Part shown: piece after piece, positions 21,563 through 30,640 of the stretch
Layout: each line of letters begins with the position of its first letter
How positions within the stretch are numbered: the stretch's first letter is position 1
Origin: an uncultured Hyphomicrobiales bacterium
GTDB taxonomy: Bacteria > Pseudomonadota > Alphaproteobacteria > Rhizobiales > JACESI01
Assembly: GCA_964553335.1 (NCBI GenBank)
Contig: CAZKKW010000001.1
Location: forward strand, 4,645-68,644
Direction: 5' to 3'
DNA: 64,000 nucleotides
Notes under the pieces: model-generated
What the model was told of the DNA's origin: nothing
Seen by the model: the letters and a program-made list of their open reading frames with translations, nothing else
The model's database searches: none
Position numbers and translations under genes: made by a program

Positions 21563-21622
21563 ATCATTAGTTGAGCGGTTACGCTAGAGCGTTACTTGAG
21601 CTGCTACGCCAAGCCGTTATTT
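21548..21622. repeat. three tandem copies of a 25-bp unit filling a convergent intergenic gap
   Basis: The units are gagcggttacgctagatcattagtt (21548-21572), gagcggttacgctagagcgttactt (21573-21597) and gagctgctacgccaagccgttattt (21598-21622). The first 16 nt of units 1 and 2 are identical. Confidence 0.75.
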
Positions 21623-22234
21623 GACGAATGAGCGCAGCTCTGCGTTTTCTTCTTCAAGCTCCTTAACCCGCATGGTGAGTTGCGTAATTGCTTGTTTCAC
21701 GTCCCGAATGTCAACTTTATGGGGAATGTGCTGCGGGCAATTAAGATCCCATGCACTCAAGGTGAAGATAAACACGCGCTCGACTTTTGCCAGATATTTG
21801 GGATGGGTGAGTTTTTCGACTAATTCCGGCGTTGCCTCGCTCACCTCAATATTGCCCCATAGCTTTACGCGCTGCTTATTGGCATAATCCATAATGAAAA
21901 TATGGGCTTTGGTGTTCGTTGAAAGGTTGCCAAGGGAGACATATTGCTGATTGCCTGAGAAGTCCGCAAAGGCCAGGCGCTTCTCATCCAGTGGCACGAG
22001 GAAACCTCTAGGCCCACCGCGATGTTGAATATAGGGATGGCCATCACTTCCAACGGTTGCGAGGTAAAAACTGTCTGCTTCAGCGAGGCGAACCTGCAAA
22101 TCTTGGGTGACATAATCTAACCAATCACGTTCTTCCATCGCTGATTGATAAAACGCACGAGAATTGTTTTCCTCCTGCGCAGCTTTTACTTCAGGGGTAA
22201 AGGCGATGTCGGAAATAAGAGGCTCATTAGTCAT
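21617..22234 (-). CDS. pyridoxamine 5'-phosphate oxidase-family (FMN-binding split barrel) protein with C-terminal coiled-coil tail
   Basis: 205 aa with a PNPOx-like core (FYLATVGSDGHPYIQHRGGPRGF, WDLNCPQHIP) and a C-terminal heptad-like tail, TQLTMRVKELEEENAELRSF. Confidence 0.78.
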   Translation of the reverse strand: MTNEPLISDIAFTPEVKAAQEENNSRAFYQSAMEERDWLDYVTQDLQVRLAEADSFYLATVGSDGHPYIQHRGGPRGFLVPLDEKRLAFADFSGNQQYVSLGNLSTNTKAHIFIMDYANKQRVKLWGNIEVSEATPELVEKLTHPKYLAKVERVFIFTLSAWDLNCPQHIPHKVDIRDVKQAITQLTMRVKELEEENAELRSFVK

Positions 22235-22313
22235 GGCTGGAAATCTCAGTTTAGCTGTTCAATTTAAGCTGGTTGATATGGGTGCGAATTTCAACACAAT
22301 GATTGGTGTTCAA

Positions 22314-22346
22314 CACAAAAAAACCCGGCTTTTTCAAGCCGGGTTA
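22314..22346 (-). terminator. Rho-independent terminator after the L,D-transpeptidase gene
   Basis: The minus strand reads aacccggc-ttgaaaaa-gccgggtt followed by a T7 tract (plus-strand stem arms 22322-22329 and 22338-22345). Confidence 0.8.
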
Positions 22347-22368
22347 AAGTGTCGATAGCGTGCCAAAA

Positions 22369-23052
22369 TTATGCAGGCAAAACCACAATTGGTGAATTGC
22401 GTTTTACATTCTCAAAAAGATGGATCACATCTTGATTGACAAGGCGCACACAGCCACTTGAAACGGCTTTGCCGATTGTTTCTGGGTTTGGTGTGCCATG
22501 TAGGCGGTAAAGCGTGTCGACCTTGCCTTCAAAAATATAGAGCGCACGTGAACCCAGTGGGTTCTTTAGGCCTGGAGGCATGCCGCCATTTTTATAGCTA
22601 TATTTTTCAAGTTCTGGCTCACGCGCAATCATTTCTGCAGGCGGTGTCCAAGTTGGCCATTTGCGGCTCCATGCAACACGTGCACGGCCTGACCATTCAA
22701 ACCCAGCACGACCAAGACCAACGCCGTAGCGCATAGCCTTTCCATTCGGCCGCACATGATAAAGGTAGAAGTTCTTTGAATCGACGACCAAAGTACCAAC
22801 CTTTTCCTTCGTCTTGTAGTTTACAAGACGACGGCGGAATTTTGACGGTAGCTTTTCAGCACTGATGGCTGGAATAGGAAACAGCTCATCTGGGCGCGCT
22901 GAATAATTCAGTGCAAATGAGCTTGCTTCCTTTGTTTTCAACGCTTTTGCTGCGGATTGCTGCTCTAACGTTTGGCAGCCAGCTGCGGTTAGACCAAGAA
23001 GGCTGACTGAACCAGTAACAAAGTTCCGTCTTGTAAGTAGGGTCTTAGACAT
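22369..23052 (-). CDS. L,D-transpeptidase (YkuD domain) lipoprotein
   Basis: 227 aa with a lipobox-like LTAAGC and the catalytic motif HGTPNPETIGKAVSSGCVRL. Confidence 0.9.
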   Translation of the reverse strand: MSKTLLTRRNFVTGSVSLLGLTAAGCQTLEQQSAAKALKTKEASSFALNYSARPDELFPIPAISAEKLPSKFRRRLVNYKTKEKVGTLVVDSKNFYLYHVRPNGKAMRYGVGLGRAGFEWSGRARVAWSRKWPTWTPPAEMIAREPELEKYSYKNGGMPPGLKNPLGSRALYIFEGKVDTLYRLHGTPNPETIGKAVSSGCVRLVNQDVIHLFENVKRNSPIVVLPA

Positions 23053-23084
23053 GTTGACGTGTATCTTTTCTTATTTTTGAGCAG

Positions 23085-23663
23085 TTAAAGGACAACAACA
23101 CGGGCACCTATCGGCACACGATTGTAAAGGTCGATAACATGATCATTGATCATGCGAATGCAACCATTGGAAACAGAACGACCGATTGATGACGGCTGTG
23201 TTGTTCCGTGAATGCGGTAAAGTGTGTCGCGGCCACCACGATAGAGATAAAGGGCGCGTGCACCCAGTGGGTTGTTTGGACCACCGGCAACACCTTTTGC
23301 AAAACGAGCATATTTATGCGGTTCGCGACGGATCATATTGCGGGTTGGGGTCCAACGTGGCCATTTTGCTTTGCGAGCAATGGTAGCACCACCACGAAAC
23401 GCGCGGCCTGCTCTGCCTACACCAACGCCATAACGTCTTGCTTTGCCACCTCTTTCAATAAGATACAGAAAATGGTTATGCGGATCGACCACAATAGTAC
23501 CAGGCTTATAGCCGCGCTTGAACGAGACCCGTTGTGGAACGTGTGCAGGGTTGATTTTGAATTTTCTGCGAGATTTGTTGGTGTGATGTGCGTCAGCAGT
23601 CGTTGCCGGTGCGACAGCAAGAGCAGCTAAACCGCCTAAAAGTAGGTTTCTTCTCGTGAACAT
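23085..23663 (-). CDS. L,D-transpeptidase (YkuD domain), Tat-type signal
   Basis: 192 aa with an MFTRRNLLLGGLAALA leader and the catalytic motif HGTTQPSSIGRSVSNGCIRM. It is a paralog of the adjacent gene. Confidence 0.9.
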   Translation of the reverse strand: MFTRRNLLLGGLAALAVAPATTADAHHTNKSRRKFKINPAHVPQRVSFKRGYKPGTIVVDPHNHFLYLIERGGKARRYGVGVGRAGRAFRGGATIARKAKWPRWTPTRNMIRREPHKYARFAKGVAGGPNNPLGARALYLYRGGRDTLYRIHGTTQPSSIGRSVSNGCIRMINDHVIDLYNRVPIGARVVVL

Positions 23664-23734
23664 TTATATTCTCCAAAACGTCTAATTTTTCACGCGACAT
23701 ATGCGTGGTTACTCAATACGAAAAAATCTATCGA

Positions 23735-24067
23735 CTAAGCGTTTGGTGGACGCAGTCGAACGACGTTTTGGAAGGAGAATTCTTCCACTACCAAAAATGT
23801 GGCGTGGATATCACTTGGCGATATCACACCAGTAGAAACATCAGTAAAAAACAATTTGCAGTCACCGCCATTACAGGTGGTAATTGTGTTTTCTGCTTGG
23901 TTTTCTGTGCAACACGCTTCTGCGTTTGCTGTCGTTGTATGGTGATCCATTGTTTCAGATACAATTGAATGATCGATAGGCATTGCAGGCGAAGCCTCCG
24001 CATAACCTACGAACCCTTGCGCGAACACGCTAATAATCACCAATAATGTTAGAACCACTGATCTCAT
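23735..24067 (-). CDS. small exported His/Cys-containing protein, function unknown
   Basis: 110-aa ORF with a signal-like N-terminus (MRSVVLTLLVIISVFAQGFVGYAEA), then DHH, a CC pair and C-x4-C. I recognised no family, and the 3' extent is uncertain. Confidence 0.45.
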   Translation of the reverse strand: MRSVVLTLLVIISVFAQGFVGYAEASPAMPIDHSIVSETMDHHTTTANAEACCTENQAENTITTCNGGDCKLFFTDVSTGVISPSDIHATFLVVEEFSFQNVVRLRPPNA

Positions 24068-24267
24068 GAGAGCAAGCTAATCGGAGTCTTTGTTTTTTGC
24101 TATCGCCTAAACTTCACAGTCATGTGTTTTTTGCTGTTATCACGGAGGCAATGTTGTTGTATTTCAATGGGTTAGCCATGTTTACCAATATGTGGGTTTT
24201 TAAATTTAGGGTCAGGTGATGTTTTTTTGCAACAAAAACGTGAGCAAAAACAAAGACTTTTAGGAAT

Positions 24268-24299
24268 AAAATAAAAACGGCGCCACATGGGCGCCGTCT
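24268..24299 (-). terminator. Rho-independent terminator after nrdJ
   Basis: The minus strand reads acggcgcc-catgt-ggcgccgt followed by tttttatttta (plus-strand stem arms 24277-24284 and 24290-24297). Confidence 0.85.
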
Positions 24300-24327
24300 A
24301 ATTTTAGTTTATTGCGGGGGGGTAAGC

Positions 24328-27300
24328 TTAGCTGCAACCGCTGGTTGATCCGCATGTGTCGCACTTTAAGCATGTCCCGTTGCGCACCATTGTAAAGTTG
24401 GCGCATTCTGAACAAGCTTCGCCCTCATAACCTTTCATCCGTGCTTGTGCACGTTGTTCAGCAGTATCAAGGGGCTTAGGCATTGGTTCTGTTGCTTCAT
24501 AGGCATCTTGAGCAGGGGATGCGAAGCCGGAATTTACTTCCACTTCATAGTCCCGCTTAAAGGCAGTCGCCGCACCACTTGCGGTTGCTGCACCAATTGC
24601 CGCCGTCGCACCAATGGCTGTAACAGTTGCAGAAGGGCCATCTCCACCGGCAGAGCCTACTGGTTCATTGGTGAGAAGTTTTAGGTTTTGACCGCGAACC
24701 AATCCACGGGAGACCACATGCCCAGCGCCCCCATCATCTGGTTTGTTTTTACCAAGTGATGTGTTGCCGAAGTCTGATGTGTCCACATGAGCAAGATCGT
24801 GGCGCTCAAGATAGGAAACAGCCAATTCGCGGAAGATGTAATCAAGAATAGACGTCGCATTCTTGATCGCCTCATTGCCCTGCACCATGCCTGCCGGTTC
24901 AAAGCGGGTGAAGGTGAAGGCTTCCACGTACTCTTCAAGTGGCACGCCATATTGAAGACCGAGCGAGACGGCGATTGCGAAGTTATTCATCATCGCACGG
25001 AAAGCAGCGCCTTCTTTGTGCATATCGATGAAGATTTCACCCAGACGTCCATCCTCGTATTCGCCCGTTGTGACATAAACCTTGTGACCACCAACACGCG
25101 CTTTTTGCGTATAGCCCTTGCGGCGATCTGGCATTTTCTCACGTTCGCGAATTTGACGTTCCACGATACGCTCGACGATTTTCTCTGTCACTTTCTCAAT
25201 TTGCGCTGTCTGTGGCATTGCTGCCAATTCTTCGACTGCATCTAATGCCTCATCTTCATCCATATCCTCGTCTTCAAGAAGGGATGCATTGAGAGGTTGA
25301 GATAGTTTCGAGCCATCACGATAAAGCGCGTTTGCTTTCAAGGCTTTCTGCCATGAGCGCATATAAGCGTCTTTACAATCTTCAACCGTTGCAACATTTG
25401 GCATGTTGATGGTTTTCGAGATCGCGCCAGAGATGAACGGCTGAGATGCGGCCATCATGTCGATGTGGCTGTTTACAGACAAGAAGCGCTTGCCGATGCG
25501 TCCGCATGGGTTTGCACAATCAAAGACAGGGTAGTGCTCTTCCTTGAGGAATGGTGCACCTTCCAATGTCATTGTACCGCAAACATGAGAGTTGGCCGCT
25601 TCAATGTCTGCTTTTGAGAAGCCAAGGTGTGCCAACAGATTGAAGTTGAAGTCGTTCAACTGCTCATCGCTGATGTTGAGGGTCTCTTTGCAGAAGTCTT
25701 CGCCAAGCGTCCATTTGTTGAAAACGAACTTAATGTCGAAGGCTGAACCGAGACCAGCTTCCACTGCTGCAATCTTCTCGTCATCAAAACCTTTATTCTT
25801 TAATGTCGAGTGATTAATTGCTGGTGCTTGTGCAAGTGATGCATGACCAACAGCATAAGCTTCAATTTCAGCAATCTCACTCTCGCCATAACCAAGGGTA
25901 CGAAGGGCCTCTGGCACGGCTTGGTTGATGATTTTGAAGTAACCACCACCGGCAAGTTTCTTGAATTTTACAAGCGCGAAGTCTGGCTCGATGCCTGTGG
26001 TATCACAGTCCATAACAAGGCCAATTGTGCCTGTTGGCGCAATCACAGTTGACTGCGCATTACGGTACCCGTGCTTTTCACCCAATTCAACGGCAGCATC
26101 CCATGCAGCACGTGCCCGTTCGATGAGCTTTGGCTCTGGGCAGTCTTTTGCAATAAGAGCAACCGGATCAACGCTTAGGTCTTCATAACCTGATGTCTCA
26201 CCATAGGCCGCACGACGGTGATTGCGCATAACACGCAACATGTGTTTGCGGTTTGGCTTATAGCCTGGGAATGGACCTTGTTCTTTCGCCATTTCAGCCG
26301 ACGTTGCATAACAAACACCAGTCATGATCGCTGAGATTGCGCCACAAATCGCACGCCCTTTATCTGAATCGTAAGGAATGCCAGATGTCATCAGCAAACC
26401 ACCGATGTTGGCAAAGCCAAGACCTGTCGTGCGGTACTTATAAGAGAGCTGGGCAATTTCCTTAGATGGGAACTGAGCCATGAGAACTGAAATCTCAAGC
26501 ACAATCATCCAAAGGCGAACGCCGTGCTCAAAGTCTTCCACTTGGAAAGAACCGTCTTCTGCTTTGAACTGAAGCAAGTTCAATGAGGCCAAGTTACAAG
26601 CCGTGTCATCCAAGAACATATATTCTGAACAAGGGTTTGACGCTCTGATTTCACCAGAGGCTGGGCAGGTGTGCCAGTCATTGATTGTCGTGTGGTATTG
26701 GATGCCCGGGTCAGCAGAGGCCCAAGCCGCATGGCCAACTTGTTCCCAAAGGTCGCGGGCTTCTAGTGTTTTAACAACATTGCCAGAAATGCGGCCTGTC
26801 AAATCCCATGTGCTGTCTTCTTCAACGGCGCGAAGGAAGTCATCGGTTACGCGAACAGAGTTGTTTGAGTTTTGGCCTGCAACGGTCAGGTAAGCTTCTG
26901 AATCCCAATCTGTGTCGTAGACTGGGAATTCGATGTCTTTATAGCCTTGCTTGGCGAATTGAATAACGCGTTGAACATAGTTTTCAGGCACGAGCGCTTT
27001 TTTCGCTGCACGCACTTCGCGTTTTAGGGCAGGGTTCTTTTGGACATCAAAGCAATCATCGCCTGAACCTGAGCAATTTACGCAGGCTTTCATGATCGCT
27101 TTAAGGTGCTTGGAAGCAACCTTGGAGCCAGTGACGAGAGCGGCAACTTTTTGCTCTTCTTTCACCTTCCAGTTGATGTATTCCTCAATATCTGGGTGAT
27201 CAATGTCGACCACAACCATTTTGGCTGCACGGCGGGTTGTACCGCCAGATTTAATGGCTCCAGCTGCACGATCACCAATTTTCAAGAAACTCATGAGGCC

Positions 27301-28056
27301 TGATGATTTGCCACCACCAGCAAGGGATTCGCCCGCACCACGAAGATGCGAGAAGTTTGAGCCCGTACCAGAACCGTACTTAAAGAGGCGCGCTTCACGA
27401 ACCCATAGGTCCATAATGCCGCCTTCATTCACGAGATCATCTGCTACAGACTGAATAAAACAAGCGTGCGGCTGTGGGTGCTCATAAGAAGACTTGGATT
27501 TGACCAACTTGCCAGTTTCAAAATCAACATAATGGTGTCCTTGGCCTGGGCCATCAATGCCATAGGCCCAATGTAGACCCGTGTTGAACCACTGCGGGCT
27601 GTTTGGTGCGCAACGTTGTGTGCAAAGCATATAGCTAAGTTCGTCATAGAATGCTTGTGCGTCAGCATCGCTATCGAAATAACCACCTTTCCAGCCCCAA
27701 TATGTCCATGTGCCGGCAAGACGGTCAAAAACTTGGCGTGCATCAGTTTCAGAGCCATAGCGCTCTTCTTCTGGCAATTCAGCTAAGGCTTCTTCATCTG
27801 CAACAGAGCGCCATAAGAAAGAAGGAACGTCATTTTCCTCAACTTTCTTCAAGCGTGCTGGCACACCGGCTTTGCGGAAGTATTTTTGCGCGAGAATATC
27901 ACTGGCTACCTGACTAAACTGGCTTGGAACCTGAATATTTTCTAAGCGGAACACAATTGTTCCATCAGGGTTTTTAATTTCACTTGTTGCTTCGCGAAAA
28001 TCGACTTCCGCGTATGCCGATTGGCCTTCTTTAGTATAGCGTCTTTCAATGCGCAC
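24328..28056 (-). CDS. nrdJ: adenosylcobalamin-dependent ribonucleoside-diphosphate reductase (class II)
   Basis: 1242 aa with a GTG start after GGAGA. RNR core motifs are present (NPCSEY, SNLCTE-like region, GGGTG-like loops), along with the Cys-rich C-terminal tail [28 protein letters not shown] typical of long alphaproteobacterial NrdJ. Confidence 0.96.
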   Translation of the reverse strand: MRIERRYTKEGQSAYAEVDFREATSEIKNPDGTIVFRLENIQVPSQFSQVASDILAQKYFRKAGVPARLKKVEENDVPSFLWRSVADEEALAELPEEERYGSETDARQVFDRLAGTWTYWGWKGGYFDSDADAQAFYDELSYMLCTQRCAPNSPQWFNTGLHWAYGIDGPGQGHHYVDFETGKLVKSKSSYEHPQPHACFIQSVADDLVNEGGIMDLWVREARLFKYGSGTGSNFSHLRGAGESLAGGGKSSGLMSFLKIGDRAAGAIKSGGTTRRAAKMVVVDIDHPDIEEYINWKVKEEQKVAALVTGSKVASKHLKAIMKACVNCSGSGDDCFDVQKNPALKREVRAAKKALVPENYVQRVIQFAKQGYKDIEFPVYDTDWDSEAYLTVAGQNSNNSVRVTDDFLRAVEEDSTWDLTGRISGNVVKTLEARDLWEQVGHAAWASADPGIQYHTTINDWHTCPASGEIRASNPCSEYMFLDDTACNLASLNLLQFKAEDGSFQVEDFEHGVRLWMIVLEISVLMAQFPSKEIAQLSYKYRTTGLGFANIGGLLMTSGIPYDSDKGRAICGAISAIMTGVCYATSAEMAKEQGPFPGYKPNRKHMLRVMRNHRRAAYGETSGYEDLSVDPVALIAKDCPEPKLIERARAAWDAAVELGEKHGYRNAQSTVIAPTGTIGLVMDCDTTGIEPDFALVKFKKLAGGGYFKIINQAVPEALRTLGYGESEIAEIEAYAVGHASLAQAPAINHSTLKNKGFDDEKIAAVEAGLGSAFDIKFVFNKWTLGEDFCKETLNISDEQLNDFNFNLLAHLGFSKADIEAANSHVCGTMTLEGAPFLKEEHYPVFDCANPCGRIGKRFLSVNSHIDMMAASQPFISGAISKTINMPNVATVEDCKDAYMRSWQKALKANALYRDGSKLSQPLNASLLEDEDMDEDEALDAVEELAAMPQTAQIEKVTEKIVERIVERQIREREKMPDRRKGYTQKARVGGHKVYVTTGEYEDGRLGEIFIDMHKEGAAFRAMMNNFAIAVSLGLQYGVPLEEYVEAFTFTRFEPAGMVQGNEAIKNATSILDYIFRELAVSYLERHDLAHVDTSDFGNTSLGKNKPDDGGAGHVVSRGLVRGQNLKLLTNEPVGSAGGDGPSATVTAIGATAAIGAATASGAATAFKRDYEVEVNSGFASPAQDAYEATEPMPKPLDTAEQRAQARMKGYEGEACSECANFTMVRNGTCLKCDTCGSTSGCS

Positions 28057-28328
28057 GTTGTTTCTCCAGCGGGCTTTTGGTGCCCGTATCCCGTATAGAT
28101 TTATCCTTAAATGTCAGCCGCGCATTTCTCAGTTCTCACTGAACCCCTTACGCGGACCGACATACCCTCAATTTTAAAAGGCAATTCAAACAACTGTCGT
28201 TATTTGCCCCTGCCATAAACCGTTTTCGGCGGTTTATAGTGTTTGTAGTTACTGCACTTTCCGAGGTGTCTCGGTACTGCGTGCTTGACCCGAATCTATA
28301 TCGGGTACTTCCCTAAGCTTCAGCTCAA

Positions 28329-28344
28329 CTACTAAATATAGTAT
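28329..28344 (-). promoter_or_regulatory. NrdR-box-like palindrome (proximal)
   Basis: The coding strand reads ATACTATATTTAGTAG. The core matches the 16-bp NrdR-box consensus as I recall it (about acaCwAtATaTwGtgt). Confidence 0.6.
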
Positions 28345-28359
28345 TAATGCCGCTTTAGT

Positions 28360-28375
28360 CTTCCATATATTGTGT
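28360..28375 (-). promoter_or_regulatory. NrdR-box-like palindrome (distal)
   Basis: The coding strand reads ACACAATATATGGAAG. Its centre is 31 bp from the proximal box, about three helical turns, which is the usual tandem arrangement. Confidence 0.65.
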
Positions 28376-28817
28376 TTTTGGTAAACCATCCACAACAGTT
28401 TTTGATGTGAAAAAGAAGGGTGCAGAAACACTAGGAATTTTAAGAAGACGCTACACGTTACGCTGAAACGCTACTAACCGATTGTTGAGGTTACGACGCA
28501 CAAATCCTTGTCTCGTAAAGCCTTTTTTGGCTCTACCAGAGACATGTAGAGTGAAACTCACTGGATTTTCCGTTAGTCATCGCCACCAACTTTTCGAAAC
28601 TAGTGTGAATCGGTTTTATGCGTCAAGCATTAGTGTGCGAGTCGTAAAAAATATCTAAATATGGGGGTAACAATGAAAATTACGGGGATAACCGCAAAGA
28701 ATTTTGGGGAAGAAAATGGTTGATTTTTTTAGTGCTAGTTAAGGCATGAAGCTGGACAAAATTGCTTTAAAAGCGCATAAACTCAGCAACTTTAGATTCC
28801 TTTTTTGGCGGAAACAT

Positions 28818-29195
28818 ATGAAAAACCTTCTGTTGCAAGTTTTTACATGGTGGCGTGGTCAAACACTTGGTGTTCGTTTTTACACTTGGCGCAAAGGCGA
28901 GCGTGTTGGTGAAGACCATAATGGCAATGTCTATTACCGTGATCACAATGATGAACGCCGTTGGGTGATTTACTCAGATATCGTGGAAGCATCGGAAATT
29001 CCGGCAGGCTGGCACGGCTGGATGCACCATAAAACCGATACACCCCCCTCTGAAGAAGGCTATCAAGCTTATTCATGGGAACTTGCTCATAAAGCGAATC
29101 AGACGGGCACCGCAAATGCTTATCGTCCTGCAACCGTGCGCCGTGCAGCGCAGGGGGATGCACCTGCTTCCGATTATGAAGCATGGACCCCATAA
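28818..29195 (+). CDS. NADH:ubiquinone oxidoreductase subunit NDUFA12-family protein
   Basis: FTWWRGQTLGVRFYTWRKGERVGEDHNGNVYYRD...RRWVIY...IPAGWHGWMHHKTD is the classic NDUFA12/B17.2-like pattern. I prefer the ATG at 28818 to 28746. Confidence 0.85.
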   Translation: MKNLLLQVFTWWRGQTLGVRFYTWRKGERVGEDHNGNVYYRDHNDERRWVIYSDIVEASEIPAGWHGWMHHKTDTPPSEEGYQAYSWELAHKANQTGTANAYRPATVRRAAQGDAPASDYEAWTP

Positions 29196-29311
29196 AGAAG
29201 TAACGGGCTTTAAGGGCTTATGCGTCGTTAAATCGCCTTCATTTTGATCAATGTTTCAACTTCACCCATCAATGTCACAATAAGATAGACGCTTCGTACG
29301 ATAAGTTACTT

Positions 29312-29932
29312 ATGTTTCAAAATCGATTCGCCCTTGCCCTTGCCGTTAGTTGCCTTTTACCGTTTGGTGCGGTGAATGCTCAAACATCTATTGAAGGTGT
29401 GATTGACCAACGGGATGCCAACGGAGAAATCCCTGAAGGTTTTGTGAATGGAATTGCCTCGCCACCGCCTCCCCAAAAAATTGTCAATGAGGTGGCTGTG
29501 TTCGCGGGCCTTGATAAAATTACGGGGCGCATCATTCGTTTTGATGTAAAAGTCGATGAAACTGTGCAGTTCGGCGCTTTGCAGGTAACACCTAAGGTTT
29601 GTTATTCCCGCCCATCAACGCAAACGCCGCAAACAACAAGCTTTGTAAAAGTTGCGGAAGAAACATTGGATAAAAAGATCCAAGACCTTTTCAGCGGGTG
29701 GATGTTTGCAGCAAGCCCAGGTCTACATGCTGTCGATCACGCGGTTTATGATGTTTGGCTGGTGGATTGTAAATCTGCGGACCAATTCTCTCTCGAAACG
29801 GTCACCACTGCAGATGATGATTTGGGTGGACGCGGCTTTGACGATGCTGATGACAATGAAGCAGATGACGTCGCGAACGATCCGGCAGCTGTTGTCCCAC
29901 CGGCACCTGCGATCAACCCGCTTCGCAGCTAA
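29312..29932 (+). CDS. exported protein, DUF2155-like (usual neighbour of the NDUFA12-like gene in alphaproteobacteria)
   Basis: 206 aa with a signal peptide, the core AVFAGLDKITGRIIRFDV...FGALQVTPKVCYSRP, and an acidic C-terminal tail. The family assignment is from memory of this synteny. Confidence 0.72.
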   Translation: MFQNRFALALAVSCLLPFGAVNAQTSIEGVIDQRDANGEIPEGFVNGIASPPPPQKIVNEVAVFAGLDKITGRIIRFDVKVDETVQFGALQVTPKVCYSRPSTQTPQTTSFVKVAEETLDKKIQDLFSGWMFAASPGLHAVDHAVYDVWLVDCKSADQFSLETVTTADDDLGGRGFDDADDNEADDVANDPAAVVPPAPAINPLRS

Positions 29933-29938
29933 TCGCTA

Positions 29939-30607
29939 TTAAAGTTCAAAATCACTAATGATTTGAAGAGCTTCCGTGCCTGTAATGGACGCGTCTAAGG
30001 CGTGAAAGTCACCGCGTCTGTCGAGAGCCGTTTCCAAAAGAAGATGATAACGGTGGCGGCTCACATCAATTGCACCAAATGTTTTCAAATGGTCTGTGGT
30101 GAATTGTGTATCAAGCAGCCGGAAACCGCCAGCGCACATGCGGGCGACCAAATGGGTGAGGGCAATTTTTGACGCATCGCGTGCACGAGAAAACATGCTT
30201 TCCCCGAAAAACGCACCCCCAAGGTGCACACCATAAAGGCCTCCGACGAGAACATCTTCATCGTAAACCTCGACAGTATGGGCACGGCCTGTTTCATACA
30301 GTTCTTTATATAGTCGTCTGATTGGCCCATTAATCCACGTCACATCGCGATCAGGTGTCACAGCTGCGCATCCTTCGATCACGGCTTCAAAATCATTGTT
30401 GACAACGACGTGGTAGGTGGTCTTGCGGATGGTTTTCTTCAAACGGCGCGGGATATGGAAGTCTGTAAGCGGAATAATACCGCGTTCTTCTGGTTCAACC
30501 CAGAATAAGCTGTCGTCGTCGGCACTTTCAGCCATAGGAAAAATGCCGCAAGCATATGCTTTCAGCAAAACTTGCGGTGTGATTTGAAAGTCGGCAGTCG
30601 AAGACAA
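29939..30607 (-). CDS. aat: leucyl/phenylalanyl-tRNA--protein transferase
   Basis: 222 aa with [43 protein letters not shown] and [10 protein letters not shown] motifs. It uses a TTG start. Confidence 0.92.
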   Translation of the reverse strand: MSSTADFQITPQVLLKAYACGIFPMAESADDDSLFWVEPEERGIIPLTDFHIPRRLKKTIRKTTYHVVVNNDFEAVIEGCAAVTPDRDVTWINGPIRRLYKELYETGRAHTVEVYDEDVLVGGLYGVHLGGAFFGESMFSRARDASKIALTHLVARMCAGGFRLLDTQFTTDHLKTFGAIDVSRHRYHLLLETALDRRGDFHALDASITGTEALQIISDFEL

Positions 30608-30640
30608 CAGCTATTCCAGTCAGAAAACGTTCGAACTTAT

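Noticed and set aside
28057-28330. Cobalamin riboswitch in the nrdJ leader
   Set aside because: This would be logical for a B12-dependent enzyme, and an AGGGAAG-like stretch exists. However, I could not find the B12 box (GCCACTG-like) or the conserved core on the coding strand. A cmscan is needed for certainty.
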